64,000 nucleotides of DNA, taken from Prorocentrum cordatum (taxonomy: Eukaryota). The DNA is taken from assembly GCA_963575745.1 (NCBI GenBank), contig CAUYUJ010000237.1, positions 558,001-622,000 of the forward strand, written 5' to 3'. Shown here one piece after another: positions 1 to 11,081 of the stretch. The notes below the pieces were generated by a model that worked only from the letters and a program-made list of their open reading frames with translations, was not told the origin of the DNA and did not search any database. Made by a program: the position numbers and the translations under genes. Positions within the stretch are counted from its first letter, which is position 1. Every line of letters starts with the position of its first letter.

Positions 1-678
1 CCATTTTGAGCAGGGTTCGCCGTCGGTGTCGCCACGGACGCTGTCCACTGACGGCAAGAAGCCGCCTGCGCAACAGCGGGCGTTGTGGATTTTGGACAGC
101 ATTTGGCCGTTGGGCATCGTGCCCATTTTTCTGTGCCGATTATGGACGTGCCAAGCGGCGGCGCGCCCGGGCGCGCTCCCGAGATCTCTGGCGATGTGTG
201 TTTTCAGTCGTCGGGTGTTCCTCGATGTGGGCCTCGGGGGCCCGTTGCCAGGCCCCTGCAGGACCATGACGCATGAACCCTGGGCGGAAAAAACTACCCC
301 TGGGGAAGGGGTCAGGGCATTCTTTGGGCCGCGCATGGACAAACATATCATACCGTCGGATGTCTGGGAGCGCGCGCCGCGGCAACGCCTCTGGAGGGCG
401 CCGTGGGGCGGCGGCTGGGGGTCCCGACGGTCCCATTCGGAGAGGGATTGGCCAGGCAGGTCCGGGGAGAGAAGAGATCGGCAAAGATGGGCCAAACGAT
501 GGGCCGAGGGGGGGGGTCGAAGGAGTTACCGCAACGCAGAGCACAGCTGGTCCCGCCAGGGAGCCCCTTGGGCCCAGGGAGGAGGCGGAAGAGGGTGGGG
601 GGAGTGGTGGGGCGGAGGCGGCTCAGAGGAGGAACGTCTACTGATATCGCTACCCGTCCCTCGTCGCCACAGCTGGTC

Positions 679-887
679 AGGGGCAACGATAGGGCTGGAT
701 AGGAAGAAGGGGGATGCATCGACCCCCAGTCGTCCATTTATCGCCCATAGGGGCCCGATAGCCCTACCCCGCCCAGGAACGGGGGGATTTGCGATCGGAG
801 GCCTATTGTCGATCTATCGGCGATGTGTCACCGATTCTAGGTCGATATGTTTCCTCCCCAGGCCAGTCTTCCCATGTCGTTGCCCCT
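679..887. mobile_element. MITE-like element with terminal inverted repeats
   Basis: TIR AGGGGCAACGA..TCGTTGCCCCT. Flanks CAGCTGGTC (670-678) and CAGCTGGAC (888-896) resemble a 9-bp TSD with one mismatch. Confidence 0.6.
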
Positions 888-1062
888 CAGCTGGACGCGC
901 CTCGAAACCCTGGTCAGAGCGCACCGCTGGAGCCTGGTGCGCGCGCTTCTGGATTCTTGGGGCGGCGTCGCCCCGAGACAGGCGAGGGCGGCGACGGCCA
1001 CAAGGACGAGGCAGAAGACGGAAGGCGGAGGGGAGCAGAGAGCAGGAGTGGCAGCAGAAGGG

Positions 1063-1153
1063 TGGTGATGAGGACAAATAGGAACGAGATGATGATGATG
1101 ATGATCCTGATGATGATGAGGACGAGCAGGAACGCGACGATGATGACGACGCT

Positions 1154-1184
<31 letters not shown>

Positions 1185-1290
1185 CTGTTGATGGTGACGA
1201 TGATGATACAGATGATGGCGATGATGATGATGATGCTAATGATGCGGCTGATGATGATGCAGCTGATGATGATGATGATGATGATGATGC

Positions 1291-1327
<37 letters not shown>

Positions 1328-3345
1328 AATGATGATGATGGTGATGATGATGATGATGGTGACGATGTCGATGCTGATGCGGATGATGATGACGATGCTG
1401 ATGAGGATGATGATTCTGACGATGAGGATGACGATGCTGCTGCTGATGCTGCTGATGCTGATGCTGAACATGCTGATTGTGATGATGATGCTGATAGTGA
1501 TAATGATTGTGATGCTGATGCTGATGATGCTGATCAGGATGAGGATCATGATAGGTATGAGGTGATGCTTAGGACGATGACGCGGATGATGATGACGATA
1601 TTGATGTTGCTGCTGCTGATGATGATGATGATGATGTTGACGATGCTGGTGATGAGTCTAGTGATTGCGATGAAAACGACAATGCTGATACTGGTGCTGA
1701 TGATGCTGCTGCTGGTGACGATGGTGATGGTGATGGTATTGATGATGCTGATGCTGCTGTCGATGACTATGACTAGGATGAAGACGACGATGATGATGAC
1801 GACAATCATTCTGCTGAACTGGTTGCTGATTCTGGTGAAGATGATTGCGAAGTGTATGCTGCTGCTGCTGCTGCTCACGATGAGTATGCTTCTGCTGGTG
1901 ATGATGATGATGATTATGATGACGCTTATGATGATGCTGATGATGATGGTGATATTGATAATGATGATTATGATTATGATGGTCATGGGTGGTGATTCTG
2001 GTGATGCTAATGACGACGATGGGGATGGCGAGGATGGTGAGAGCGATGCTGCTGACCATGACCGTGATGATGATGATGCTGATGACGACGACGACGGTGC
2101 TGTTTATGATGAGGATGGTGCTGATGATAGTATGGATGATGATGGGGATGCTGATGATGGTGATGATGACCAGGATGAGGATAGTATGAGGTTGATGCTG
2201 AGGACAATGATGCGGATCATGATGACGATGTTGATGCTGTTGCTGCTGATGATGATAATGATGATGATGAGGATGATGATGACGTTGGCGATGCCAATGC
2301 TGACACTGATGCTGATGATGATGCTGCTGCTGATGATGATGATGGTGATTAGGTACATGGTGATGAGGATGATGATGATGAGGATGCTGATGATATTGAT
2401 GATGATGTTGATGACTATGTTTCGGATGGCGACGATGACGATGACGATGATCGTGCTGCTGAGAATGTTGCTGATCAGGATGGGGCTGATGATGTCGTTT
2501 GTTCTGCTGCTGCTCACGACGATGATGCTGCTGATGATGATGACTATGATGGTGCTGATGAGAATGGTGCTGACAGTGATGGTGCTGGCTATGACCGTCC
2601 GTTGCTGCCAATGATGATGCTGATGATGGTGACGATGACGACGAATATGACATGATGTTGCTGATGTTGATGCTGCTGATGATGATGCTAATGATGACTA
2701 CGATACTCCTGCCGATGCCCATGCTGCTGATGATGACGACGATGACGATGATGATGACGATGGCGATCACGACATCAATTTCATAATGATGACGATGCTG
2801 ATGCTGATGCTGATGATGACAATGATGCTGAGAATGATGATGAGGCTGCTGATGATGATGATGACTACGATACTTTTTATGATGCCGATGCTGCTGATGA
2901 TGGCGACCATGACGATGATGATGACGATGGCGATGACGATACCAATGATCATGAATCTGATGCTGCTGATGATGCTGATGGTGACGATGTCGATGATGAT
3001 GATAATGATGATGTAGATGATAATTATGCTGATGATGAAGATGCTGATGATGATGGTGGTGGTGATGATGATGCTGATGATGATGATGATGATGATGATG
3101 ATAATGACGCTGACGATGATGATGACGATGAAGATGACGATGATGATGATGATGATAGTACTGATAATGATGCTGATGCTGGTGATGATGATTATGATGC
3201 TGATGCTGGTGATGAGGTTGAGGATGTCGATGCTGATGATGAGGATGATGATGAGTATGATGCTGACGATGTGGCTGCTGCTGCTATTGCGGTTGACGAT
3301 GATGCTGATGCTGACGATGATGATGAAGCTGATTATGATAATGAC

Positions 3346-3379
<34 letters not shown>

Positions 3380-3466
3380 CTGATGCTGATGCTGATGCTG
3401 ATGCTGATGCTGATGCTGATGCTGATGATGATGCTGATGCTGATGATGGTGATGATCATGATGCTA

Positions 3467-3526
<60 letters not shown>

Positions 3527-3658
3527 CTGATGATGATGATGATGAGGAGGAGGAGGAGGAGGAGAAGGATGAGCATAAGGAGGAGGAGGAGGAGGAGGAG
3601 GAGGAGGAGGAGGAGGAAGAGGAGCAGAAAGAGGAAGAGCAAGAGGAGGAGGAGGAGG
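1063..3658 (+). repeat. Compound degenerate (GAT)n microsatellite grading into (GAG)n
   Basis: About 2.5 kb of GAT with GCT/GAC/GGT/AAT variants, switching to GAG near 3545. Confidence 0.95.
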
Positions 3659-3683
3659 CTTACTTGCCTTCTCTTTGCCGCAG

Positions 3684-3769
3684 GAAGCTGGGGGTCTTCG
3701 ACCCAGCGAACATGAGCAACGAGATCCCGTCGCCATGGCCATGGGAGAATGAGATATTCCGCGCTGGAG
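3684..3769 (+). CDS. Candidate internal exon of an unidentified gene (KLGVFDPANMSNEIPSPWPWENEIFRAG)
   Basis: Pyrimidine-rich acceptor TTGCCTTCTCTTTGCCGCAG|G, donor GAG|GC, open complex peptide lying between two microsatellites. Confidence 0.45.
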
Positions 3770-3804
3770 GCGCTTTGGGGCTCCCCCCGCACAGTCTGTC
3801 AAAA

Positions 3805-3890
<86 letters not shown>

Positions 3891-3891
3891 C

Positions 3892-3934
<43 letters not shown>

Positions 3935-4028
3935 TGTGTTTGTGTGTGTGTGTGTGTGTGTTTGTGTGTGTGTGTCTTTGTGTGGGTCTGTCTGTGTGTT
4001 TGTGTGGGTCTGTCTGTGTGTGTATGTG
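3805..4028 (+). repeat. (TGCG)n/(TG)n microsatellite
   Basis: Directly visible. Confidence 0.95.
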
Positions 4029-4238
4029 CCCTCACTGCAGCAGCCACCTCCGTGCCTCTCTTTCGCCCTCGCCGCGCTCTTGAGCGGGTCGCGGCCTGTG
4101 GCGTATCCAGGCCGCTCCTGCGCTTTCCCGGCGGGGTGTGTCCGCACTCCGCCGCACGTCGCCATCTTCCTCGTACACAGGCTGTGGCCCGTTTCTCGTT
4201 GCATGCGTCAGCCACGTCTTGACCACCCACCAGCAAAG

Positions 4239-4259
4239 GCCTGGTGGTGATTGATATAG
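4239..4259 (+). CDS. Candidate 21-nt microexon (GLVVIDIG), phase-compatible with 3684-3769
   Basis: AAAG|GC acceptor and ATAG|GC donor. The phase-1 join gives ...FRAGGLVVIDIG. Confidence 0.25.
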
Positions 4260-4548
4260 GCACGTGCCGCCCTAGAACTCGCTGCGTCAGATCAACCGGC
4301 CGGGAGGTGAATCAAAATGTGTGTGCGCTGCACATTATGCGTTTCGTTTCAGTGGGCCATGCATCCTCTGGGTGGGCAGCAATCTGATCCGGGACACCCC
4401 CCTTATCCCCCCCCCCGTAGCCCCCCGTGCCCCCTCCCCCACACACCCCCACCGCCCGTCAGGGAGGGTATAAAGGGATGGGAACCGACTGCACTGCGAG
4501 GTTACTTTGGAGTGGCGACGACGACGAAGAAGAATACGATGACAGCGT

Positions 4549-4656
4549 CACACACACACACTCACACACTCACACACTCACACACACACACTCACACACT
4601 CACACACTCACACACACACACTCACACTCACACACACACACTCACACACACACACA
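4549..4656 (+). repeat. (CA)n/(CACT) microsatellite
   Basis: Directly visible. Confidence 0.95.
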
Positions 4657-5196
4657 CCGAATGACCGGCGGATTCTATTTGCTCAATATGTCATGGCTTG
4701 GTTTCCATTTTCGCCCTCCAGTGAAGCGTCGTTGCGATTGTCAAAGTTAGCTTCTTCCTCTCGAGCTCGGGCTGCATGCGGTGCATGTGGAGATACCAAC
4801 ATAGCCGCATGAAGCGCAACCTGCAATTCGGGATTCGCCCGCGCTTTCTCCCCCGCGTGCGAGGGGCGTGCGGGCATTCGGATCTTGCCGCAGGACGCCG
4901 CAGGCGGCGAACTCCGGAGCCCTCGGGGACGTGGTCATCCCCGCGGGGGGTCGCTTCTGCTTTCGTCGCTCCCCTCTGCTTCTGGTGCGCTGCATGTGCC
5001 TCTCTGTCGTGAGCGTGTCTTTTCCGTGCGCGCAGCCGTTCGGCGGCTGCCTCCCATCGGCAAGGGTCGGTGGTGCTGACCTTTTCAGCGCGCTCCGCTA
5101 CGGTCGGACCGACTGGAGCGGAGGGATGTTCTTCTGGCTTAGGTCCGACTGTACCCGCCTCGCTGAGTTGGACCAGCCGGCACGCGAATACGATCA

Positions 5197-5256
5197 GTGT
5201 GCGTGTGCGTGTGCGTGTGTGTGTGTGTGAGTGTGTGTGTGTGTGTGTTTGTGTGC

Positions 5257-5296
<40 letters not shown>

Positions 5297-5300
5297 GCGT

Positions 5301-5346
<46 letters not shown>

Positions 5347-5365
5347 GTGTGTGTGTGTGTGTGTG
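5197..5365 (+). repeat. (TG)n microsatellite
   Basis: Directly visible. Similar tracts at 6338-6548 and 13458-13496. Confidence 0.95.
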
Positions 5366-5660
5366 ATTCGAGCACATTCGCCATAAGCGCGTCTACCACT
5401 CGCGCTGGCAAGTCCCGCCCGCGCGTACCAGAGGCTGCCGCCACGCGGCGGAAAAGAAAAAAGGTGGGGGCGTGCGCGATGTGCATGTGTGTATAGATAC
5501 ATAAATATATTTACATATATATATATATATATATATCGGAGGTTGGGGGGTGAGTCCGACATGAAACGGAGACCCCCCCTACCAGGAAATCTATTTCGGT
5601 TTCGGGTTCGTGTCGTGCGTGCCGTGCGTGCGTGCGGGCGAGGCGAAGCTGCGTGGGCGG

Positions 5661-5950
5661 GAAATCCTCCTGTGGCTGCGCCGCGGCCAGACCAAATGTT
5701 TCTCCTCCAGCGGCCGGTGGCCCGCGGTGTCCCGCCGGTGTCCCGCTGGTGTCCCGAAATCCTCCTGTGGCTGGGCCGCGGCCGGACTCAATGTTTCTCC
5801 TCCAGCGGCCGGTGGCCCGCGGTGTCCCGCCGGTGTCACGCTGGTGTCCCGAAATCCTCCTGTGGCTGGGCCGCGACCGGACCAAATGATGCTCCTCCCG
5901 TCAAACGGTGGCCCGCGGTGTCCCGCTGGTGTCCCGCCGGTGTCCCGCCG
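5661..5950 (+). repeat. 95-bp tandem repeat, about 3 copies
   Basis: Units begin GAAATCCTCCTGTGGCTG at 5661, 5756 and 5851, with internal GGTGTCCCGC subrepeats. Confidence 0.9.
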
Positions 5951-6395
5951 TGGCTGCGGCGAGCTATCCAACGCAAGTCTACATGCAAACCGACATGCAA
6001 ACCGAAAAGCACATCGAAATACAAATCGACATGCACATCGAAATGCAAATCGTAAGGCGCCGTGGGTTGCGCATTTACAAAACATCGGCGCCTGCGGCGA
6101 GCTTTCCAATGCTAGTCGACATGCAAATCGAGATGCAGATCGAAAGGCAAATCGACAGGCACATCGATATGTCGAGTGCGCTTCGTCAACATCGCCACAT
6201 CACATCACGCTCACGATCACAATCACACTGATCACTAGACTGCGCACCACAGGCATCGTCAGAACAACAGTCACCACTGTTGCCCATTGCTGGCCCCCCC
6301 CAACCTCCTTATCACCCGCAGGGTGGTCGTATAGGTATGTGTGTGTGTGTGTGTGTGTGTCTGCGTGTGTGCGTGTGTGCGTGCGCGCATGCGTG

Positions 6396-6446
<51 letters not shown>

Positions 6447-6476
6447 GTGTGTGCGCGCGCGCGTGTGTGTGTGTGC

Positions 6477-6525
<49 letters not shown>

Positions 6526-6927
6526 TGTGTGTGTGTGTGTGTGTGTGTATCACTGTTTGCGCAGGCCGCTCTTTCCTGGAAGGATCGGGCCATCGCTAAC
6601 GGCCCGTCCGCGGGGGACGGTGAGGAGCCCATTTGCTGGACCCCGACTTGTCCACGGACGACCAGCTCAGCTCTTCCTTGGCCCCCAGCTCCCAGACCGG
6701 ATCTCTCGCATATCCTGGGTCCGCCCAAGCTGCGGGGGAGGCCTGCTCACAGAAGCGGGGCCCCTCCGGGGATCTCTCGCGGCCGACTCGTCGTGCTCCC
6801 CCTCGCTCCAAGCGGTAATTCGGGGCCCGCTCCCCTGCTCGCAGCTCTGCGCTGCCGCTGCTTCCCCACCCCGCTTCCCACTTTGGGACTGCGCGGTGCT
6901 TCCACTCTCCGTCGCCCCTTCCTCTGG

Positions 6928-7078
6928 TAGGGGACCACATGCGAACCCTACCCCTACCCCCACGACTTCTGAGGGGGAGGGTGGGTTCACCTCGTTCGGG
7001 AGCTCCCGACCGAAGTGAATTTTACCCCCCCCTCAGAAATCGTGGGGGGTAGGGGTAGGGTTCGCATGTGGCCCCCTT
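6928..7078. mobile_element. Foldback (almost fully palindromic) MITE, copy 1
   Basis: Arms CCACATGCGAACCCTACCCCTACCCC../..GGGGTAGGGGTAGGGTTCGCATGTGG centred on GGGAGCTCCC. Flanked by CCTCTGG direct repeats. Confidence 0.85.
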
Positions 7079-7637
7079 CCTCTGGGCTGCGGCCGGCTTC
7101 CCGTCCCTCCCGGGTTCTGTCTGGTCTGCGTCGCTGCTCTGCGTCGCGGCGGTGTCGCTCGTCGAGTGCCGCCGCCTCTGCCTTCGGGCGCTGCCTCGGC
7201 TCTCTCGCTCCCCGCCCTGCCCGGGTGGGTTGGCGCGGTCGTCCGCTGCGGTCTTAAGCGGCCGGGGGGCCGGCCGCGCGCGCGGGTTCGGGGCCGACGG
7301 TTCTGCTTGCTCCGCCTTGCCGCTGCGCGCGAGGCCGCGGCCGCCAAGAGGTGTGTGTGTTGTTCAGGAGGTCTCTGCACGCAGCACTTGAGGATGGTGT
7401 TTTCGATGCGCCGTCGACGGCAACACCACACCGCTCACTCTCTGGGACTTCGCCTCCGGCTCCTGTCCAAGGCGATCTTTTTCCTGTGCAAGCTCCTCAG
7501 CACCGCCTGCACCCCGCGCCCTCCGGCCGCCTGAGGCCCCGCCCGCCTGTGCTCTGTCTCCCCAATTAGCGCTTCGCGCGCCCCGCCTAGCTCTTAACCG
7601 GAAGAGGCTCGCTCTCGACCCGCAGACCAAAAGGTGT

Positions 7638-7790
7638 TGTTCAGGAGAGAGACAACACACACACAGACACGATTCATCGTCGACCCCCAGGAAGATATGC
7701 CAAACTGTGGGCAGTGTGGGGGGGGGAAGACAAAAATCCAGAACACATGGGAAAATTTTGGGAGTCCTCGGATATTGTGCGTATTTATTG
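7638..7790 (+). mobile_element. Dispersed repeat family CAGGAG..ACACAGACAC(A/G)ATT, diverged copy
   Basis: Similar to 16605-16765 and 33256-33427. Confidence 0.6.
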
Positions 7791-8135
7791 GAGAGGCCTG
7801 ACGGCCGGAGCCGGCGACCCTGATCGAAGGGGCTTTTTGGGGAAGCTTCGTGGGGACTCTTGGGGGCGCCCTGGAGCATCTGGGGAATTCTGAGAGCCTT
7901 TCGCGGTTGACGGGTCGAATTGTCCGCTCGGGTCTGCCGTCTGGGCACTTTTTTTGGAGTGGTCATTGGGGGTCACCCTCAGGGTCGTCTTGGAGGCGTC
8001 TCGGGGTCTTTGGTGCCTCCGTGTGTAATTTTCAAACTCTCGGATTTTGTGCGTATTTGTTTGTGTGCCCTTGGGCCCCTCGCGCTGTCCGCGGCCGCTC
8101 CGTTTGCGGCCGTGCCCGCCCCCCACGACGCCCCT

Positions 8136-8255
8136 GGCATCGTTCGGGCGTGTGCATTTTGTTCTCGGCGAGAACCATCGAGGACCACCATGGACCATCG
8201 AGCAAAAAAATCACGCACGACACCGACAAATGCAGGGGAACGTCCGAGCGACGGC
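8136..8255. mobile_element. ~125-bp MITE (GGCATCGCTCGGACGT TIR family), diverged copy
   Basis: Internal sequence homologous to 15531-15671 and 37371-37495. Confidence 0.75.
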
Positions 8256-8362
8256 AAGCGCCGGGCCCCGGCCCGAGGCCGCCGCCCCCCCGCTCTCGAG
8301 CCACCGGCCCTGCTTTTTCTCCGCGCGGCCGGTGGGATGCTGCCCCCGGGGCCCGGCTCCGG

Positions 8363-8363
<1 letters not shown>

Positions 8364-8441
<78 letters not shown>

Positions 8442-8678
8442 TGTGTCTGTGTCTGTGTCTGTGTCTGTGTCTGTGTCTGTGTCTGTGTCTGTGTCTGTGT
8501 CTGTGTCTGTGTCTGTGTCTGTGTCTGTGTCTGTGTCTGTGTCTGTGTCTGTGTCTGTGTCTGTGTCTGTGTCTGTGTCTGTGTCTGTGTGCGTGTGTGT
8601 CTGTGTGTGTGTGTGTGTGCGTGTGTCTGTGTCTGTGTCTGTGTGTGCGTGTGTCTGTGTGTGTGTGTGTGTGTGCGT

Positions 8679-8750
<72 letters not shown>
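8364..8750 (+). repeat. (TG)n/(TGTGTC)n compound microsatellite
   Basis: Directly visible. Confidence 0.95.
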
Positions 8751-8801
8751 GAAGTGCGCTTCTAGCACTGTGGAGGGCGATCAATGGAGAGGAAGCATGT
8801 T

Positions 8802-9013
8802 TCGGGTATGGCCAGGACCCCGGGTAGGGGGACCCGGTTAGTGGTAGGGCCCTGGAGTTTTCGAATTGGCCAGAATCATTAAACCAGGTTTGCCATAGCT
8901 GGCGTTTTTTTTTGGGTGACGGCAGTTCCGGTTAGTGGAAATGGGACGGGGGGGCGCCCCCGGTACAGATCACTAAACCAGGTTCCACTAAACCCAGTTC
9001 TACCAACGCCCGA
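8802..9013. mobile_element. TCGGG..CCCGA MITE with 5-bp TSD ATGTT
   Basis: ATGTT-TCGGGTATGG..CCAACGCCCGA-ATGTT. Internal GGTTAGTG/CACTAAACC motifs. Confidence 0.75.
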
Positions 9014-9517
9014 ATGTTGCCAAACAGTTCCCAGATGTCTAAAACATGTGTTCAACAGGTTTTAGACATGCGAAAAAAAAACAGGATGACAACATGTTTA
9101 GAGCATGTTTCCGACATGCGGAACACATTTTCAACTCAATGATAGGACTGTTAGGGTGTCCATTGTCGTGGCATCTACAATCAGATCACCACTATATCAT
9201 TACATACAGCTAACGTATATGCTCAGGTATTTGTGTACACACCGCGCTGCTCTCCGCGCAGCGCCCTGAAGGATTCGCTACCCTCTTCCTCACTCACCTC
9301 CACTTACGGGTGACCGTATAGGTTCGACTCTTGAGTCGCAGGGACCCCGCGCCTATCCCCACCGCCGCCACGAGCGAATATGCGCAGACACCCTCCACTG
9401 GATCGGGGAGGGCGGCGGTGTATACACCACCCAGAGCCCGCGACGCGGTAAGTACACCGCCCCCTCTCCCTGAAGCTGCATGCGAAGCTCGTCGGAGCAT
9501 GTTTCTGTGTATATACT

Positions 9518-9669
9518 TCGGGGGTGGACAGAACCCCCAACAGTGACACGTCGATTAGTGAATTGTCCGTTTTCGGTTTTCGAGAGGGCGCCGTGGCCGT
9601 TATTTTCCAGGCTTGCGCCCGCCAGGTTTGGGCCCGAAGTCGTTTTCACTAAACCACGTCAATCCCCGA
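9518..9669. mobile_element. TCGGG..CCCGA MITE with 5-bp TSD ATACT
   Basis: ATACT-TCGGGGGTGGAC..GTCAATCCCCGA-ATACT. Confidence 0.8.
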
Positions 9670-10888
9670 ATACTTTCGCTGCGCACCACCTGGCCCCTGC
9701 GCCCACCGGACTCAGCGCAACTTCGCCGTTCGGGCGTTGGCCTGCCTTCCCGCATCGAGGACACGATCGGCACTCCTGCGGCCGCCTCTCCCAAAGCACC
9801 AAGCCGTGGTCGAGCCCCCTGCCGACGCGCGAGAACGCTGCGACCTCCTCGCCTTCCGGCCGTCCGCCGTACTGGCAATCACAATCCTGGACCGCCCCCC
9901 TCCAAGCGCCCCTGCGGACTGGCTCGAGCGGTGCCCCTCCGCCCGCGCCGTCCGGGACCGGACTCCTCGCGGCCGCTTCCAGCTCCTGGGAGGTGCGGTA
10001 ACCCTCCAGCGCTTTCACACCGGAGCCAGGCGACTGCGGCCCTGTCCTGGACCTGTCTCCCCCCCCGCCTCGGCCCTCGCGTTGCCCTCCTCACCGTTCC
10101 AAGAACGCTGCCTGGTCTGGTAGGAGGCCAGCTGGGGTCCCTTCTGCGACCCCGGCCCCGTTCCTGACATTGGCCTCCGGATGGATCAGCTCGGCAATCT
10201 GCTGCAGTACCAGCGGATCCACTGGGCGGTTCTGGTCTTCACCCGCACTGGAACGCCACCAGCATACCGCCACGGTCTCCCCTCGAGCCGCCTGCATCGG
10301 CTGCTTCCTCCCAGGTGCTGACCGTCGGGAGATGCTCCGCTGGGACCACTGCAGCGAGAAGGCTGCGGCCCTTTGCCATCAGAGCCACACCAGAGCCACG
10401 CCATCATAGAGGCCCTCCCTTCCGGCGACGTAGCGCCGGGTCCGCCCCCCAGCTGGCCACCACCCCTACCCCCTCTCTAGACGTCGTGGCCTCCCCTGGC
10501 GCCGCCCTCCACCGACATCCACTCCGCCACTGTCTCGTGCGTCATCTGTGCACAGGGGCTCCCCAGCACCTGGAAAATCCACACCGCTGGGGCTCTGGGT
10601 GCCCTGCTGGCGGAGTCTTGCCCTGACAACACCACCGTTCGTCTGGTTGCCCAAGGGCACCCAGGTGTGCTGCCAGGGTGTCGAGAACATGTCCCAAGCC
10701 TCTCGCGCCCTTGCCCTCCACCCCAACCTCCACCCCGACCACATCCTCCGCTAGACGCTCGCGGGGACAAGGCTCTCGAAGCCATCAAGTCCTAATTACA
10801 CACTGGACGCGCGCGTCCGTGCAGTGAACGGCGGCCAGGACCTCGACACCCCAGGCCGGGGCAAGAGGTTTGCACTCTCCTCCTGGGA

Positions 10889-11081
10889 TCGGGGGCGGAA
10901 AAGAGGGGGGTGATGACTAGGGGGGGTGGATATCATGGCGTGGGCCATGATATTTCCCCAGATCTCATGGCGCCTCTTCTTGTTTCATTACGTCCCTGGC
11001 CCCCCCGCCGGGCCGCGCACATGCCGCCGGTCATGATTTGCACCCCTCCCTCTTGGAAACCTCCCTCTTGGCCGCTCCCGA
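10889..11081. mobile_element. TCGGG..CCCGA MITE with 5-bp TSD TGGGA
   Basis: TGGGA-TCGGGGGCGG..CCGCTCCCGA-TGGGA. Body similar to 17880-18067. Confidence 0.8.

Noticed and set aside
1..8. CCATTTTG as a second SL relic
   Set aside because: Only an 8-nt match that then diverges, at the window edge.
789..3792. Long Met/Ile/Asp/His-rich ORFs (also at 26594-29108, 43863-45220 and 54859-56392)
   Set aside because: Translations of trinucleotide microsatellites, open in several frames on both strands.
6944..6960. Telomere-like CCCTA repeats
   Set aside because: Only about 2 units within a foldback MITE, not a TTTAGGG array.
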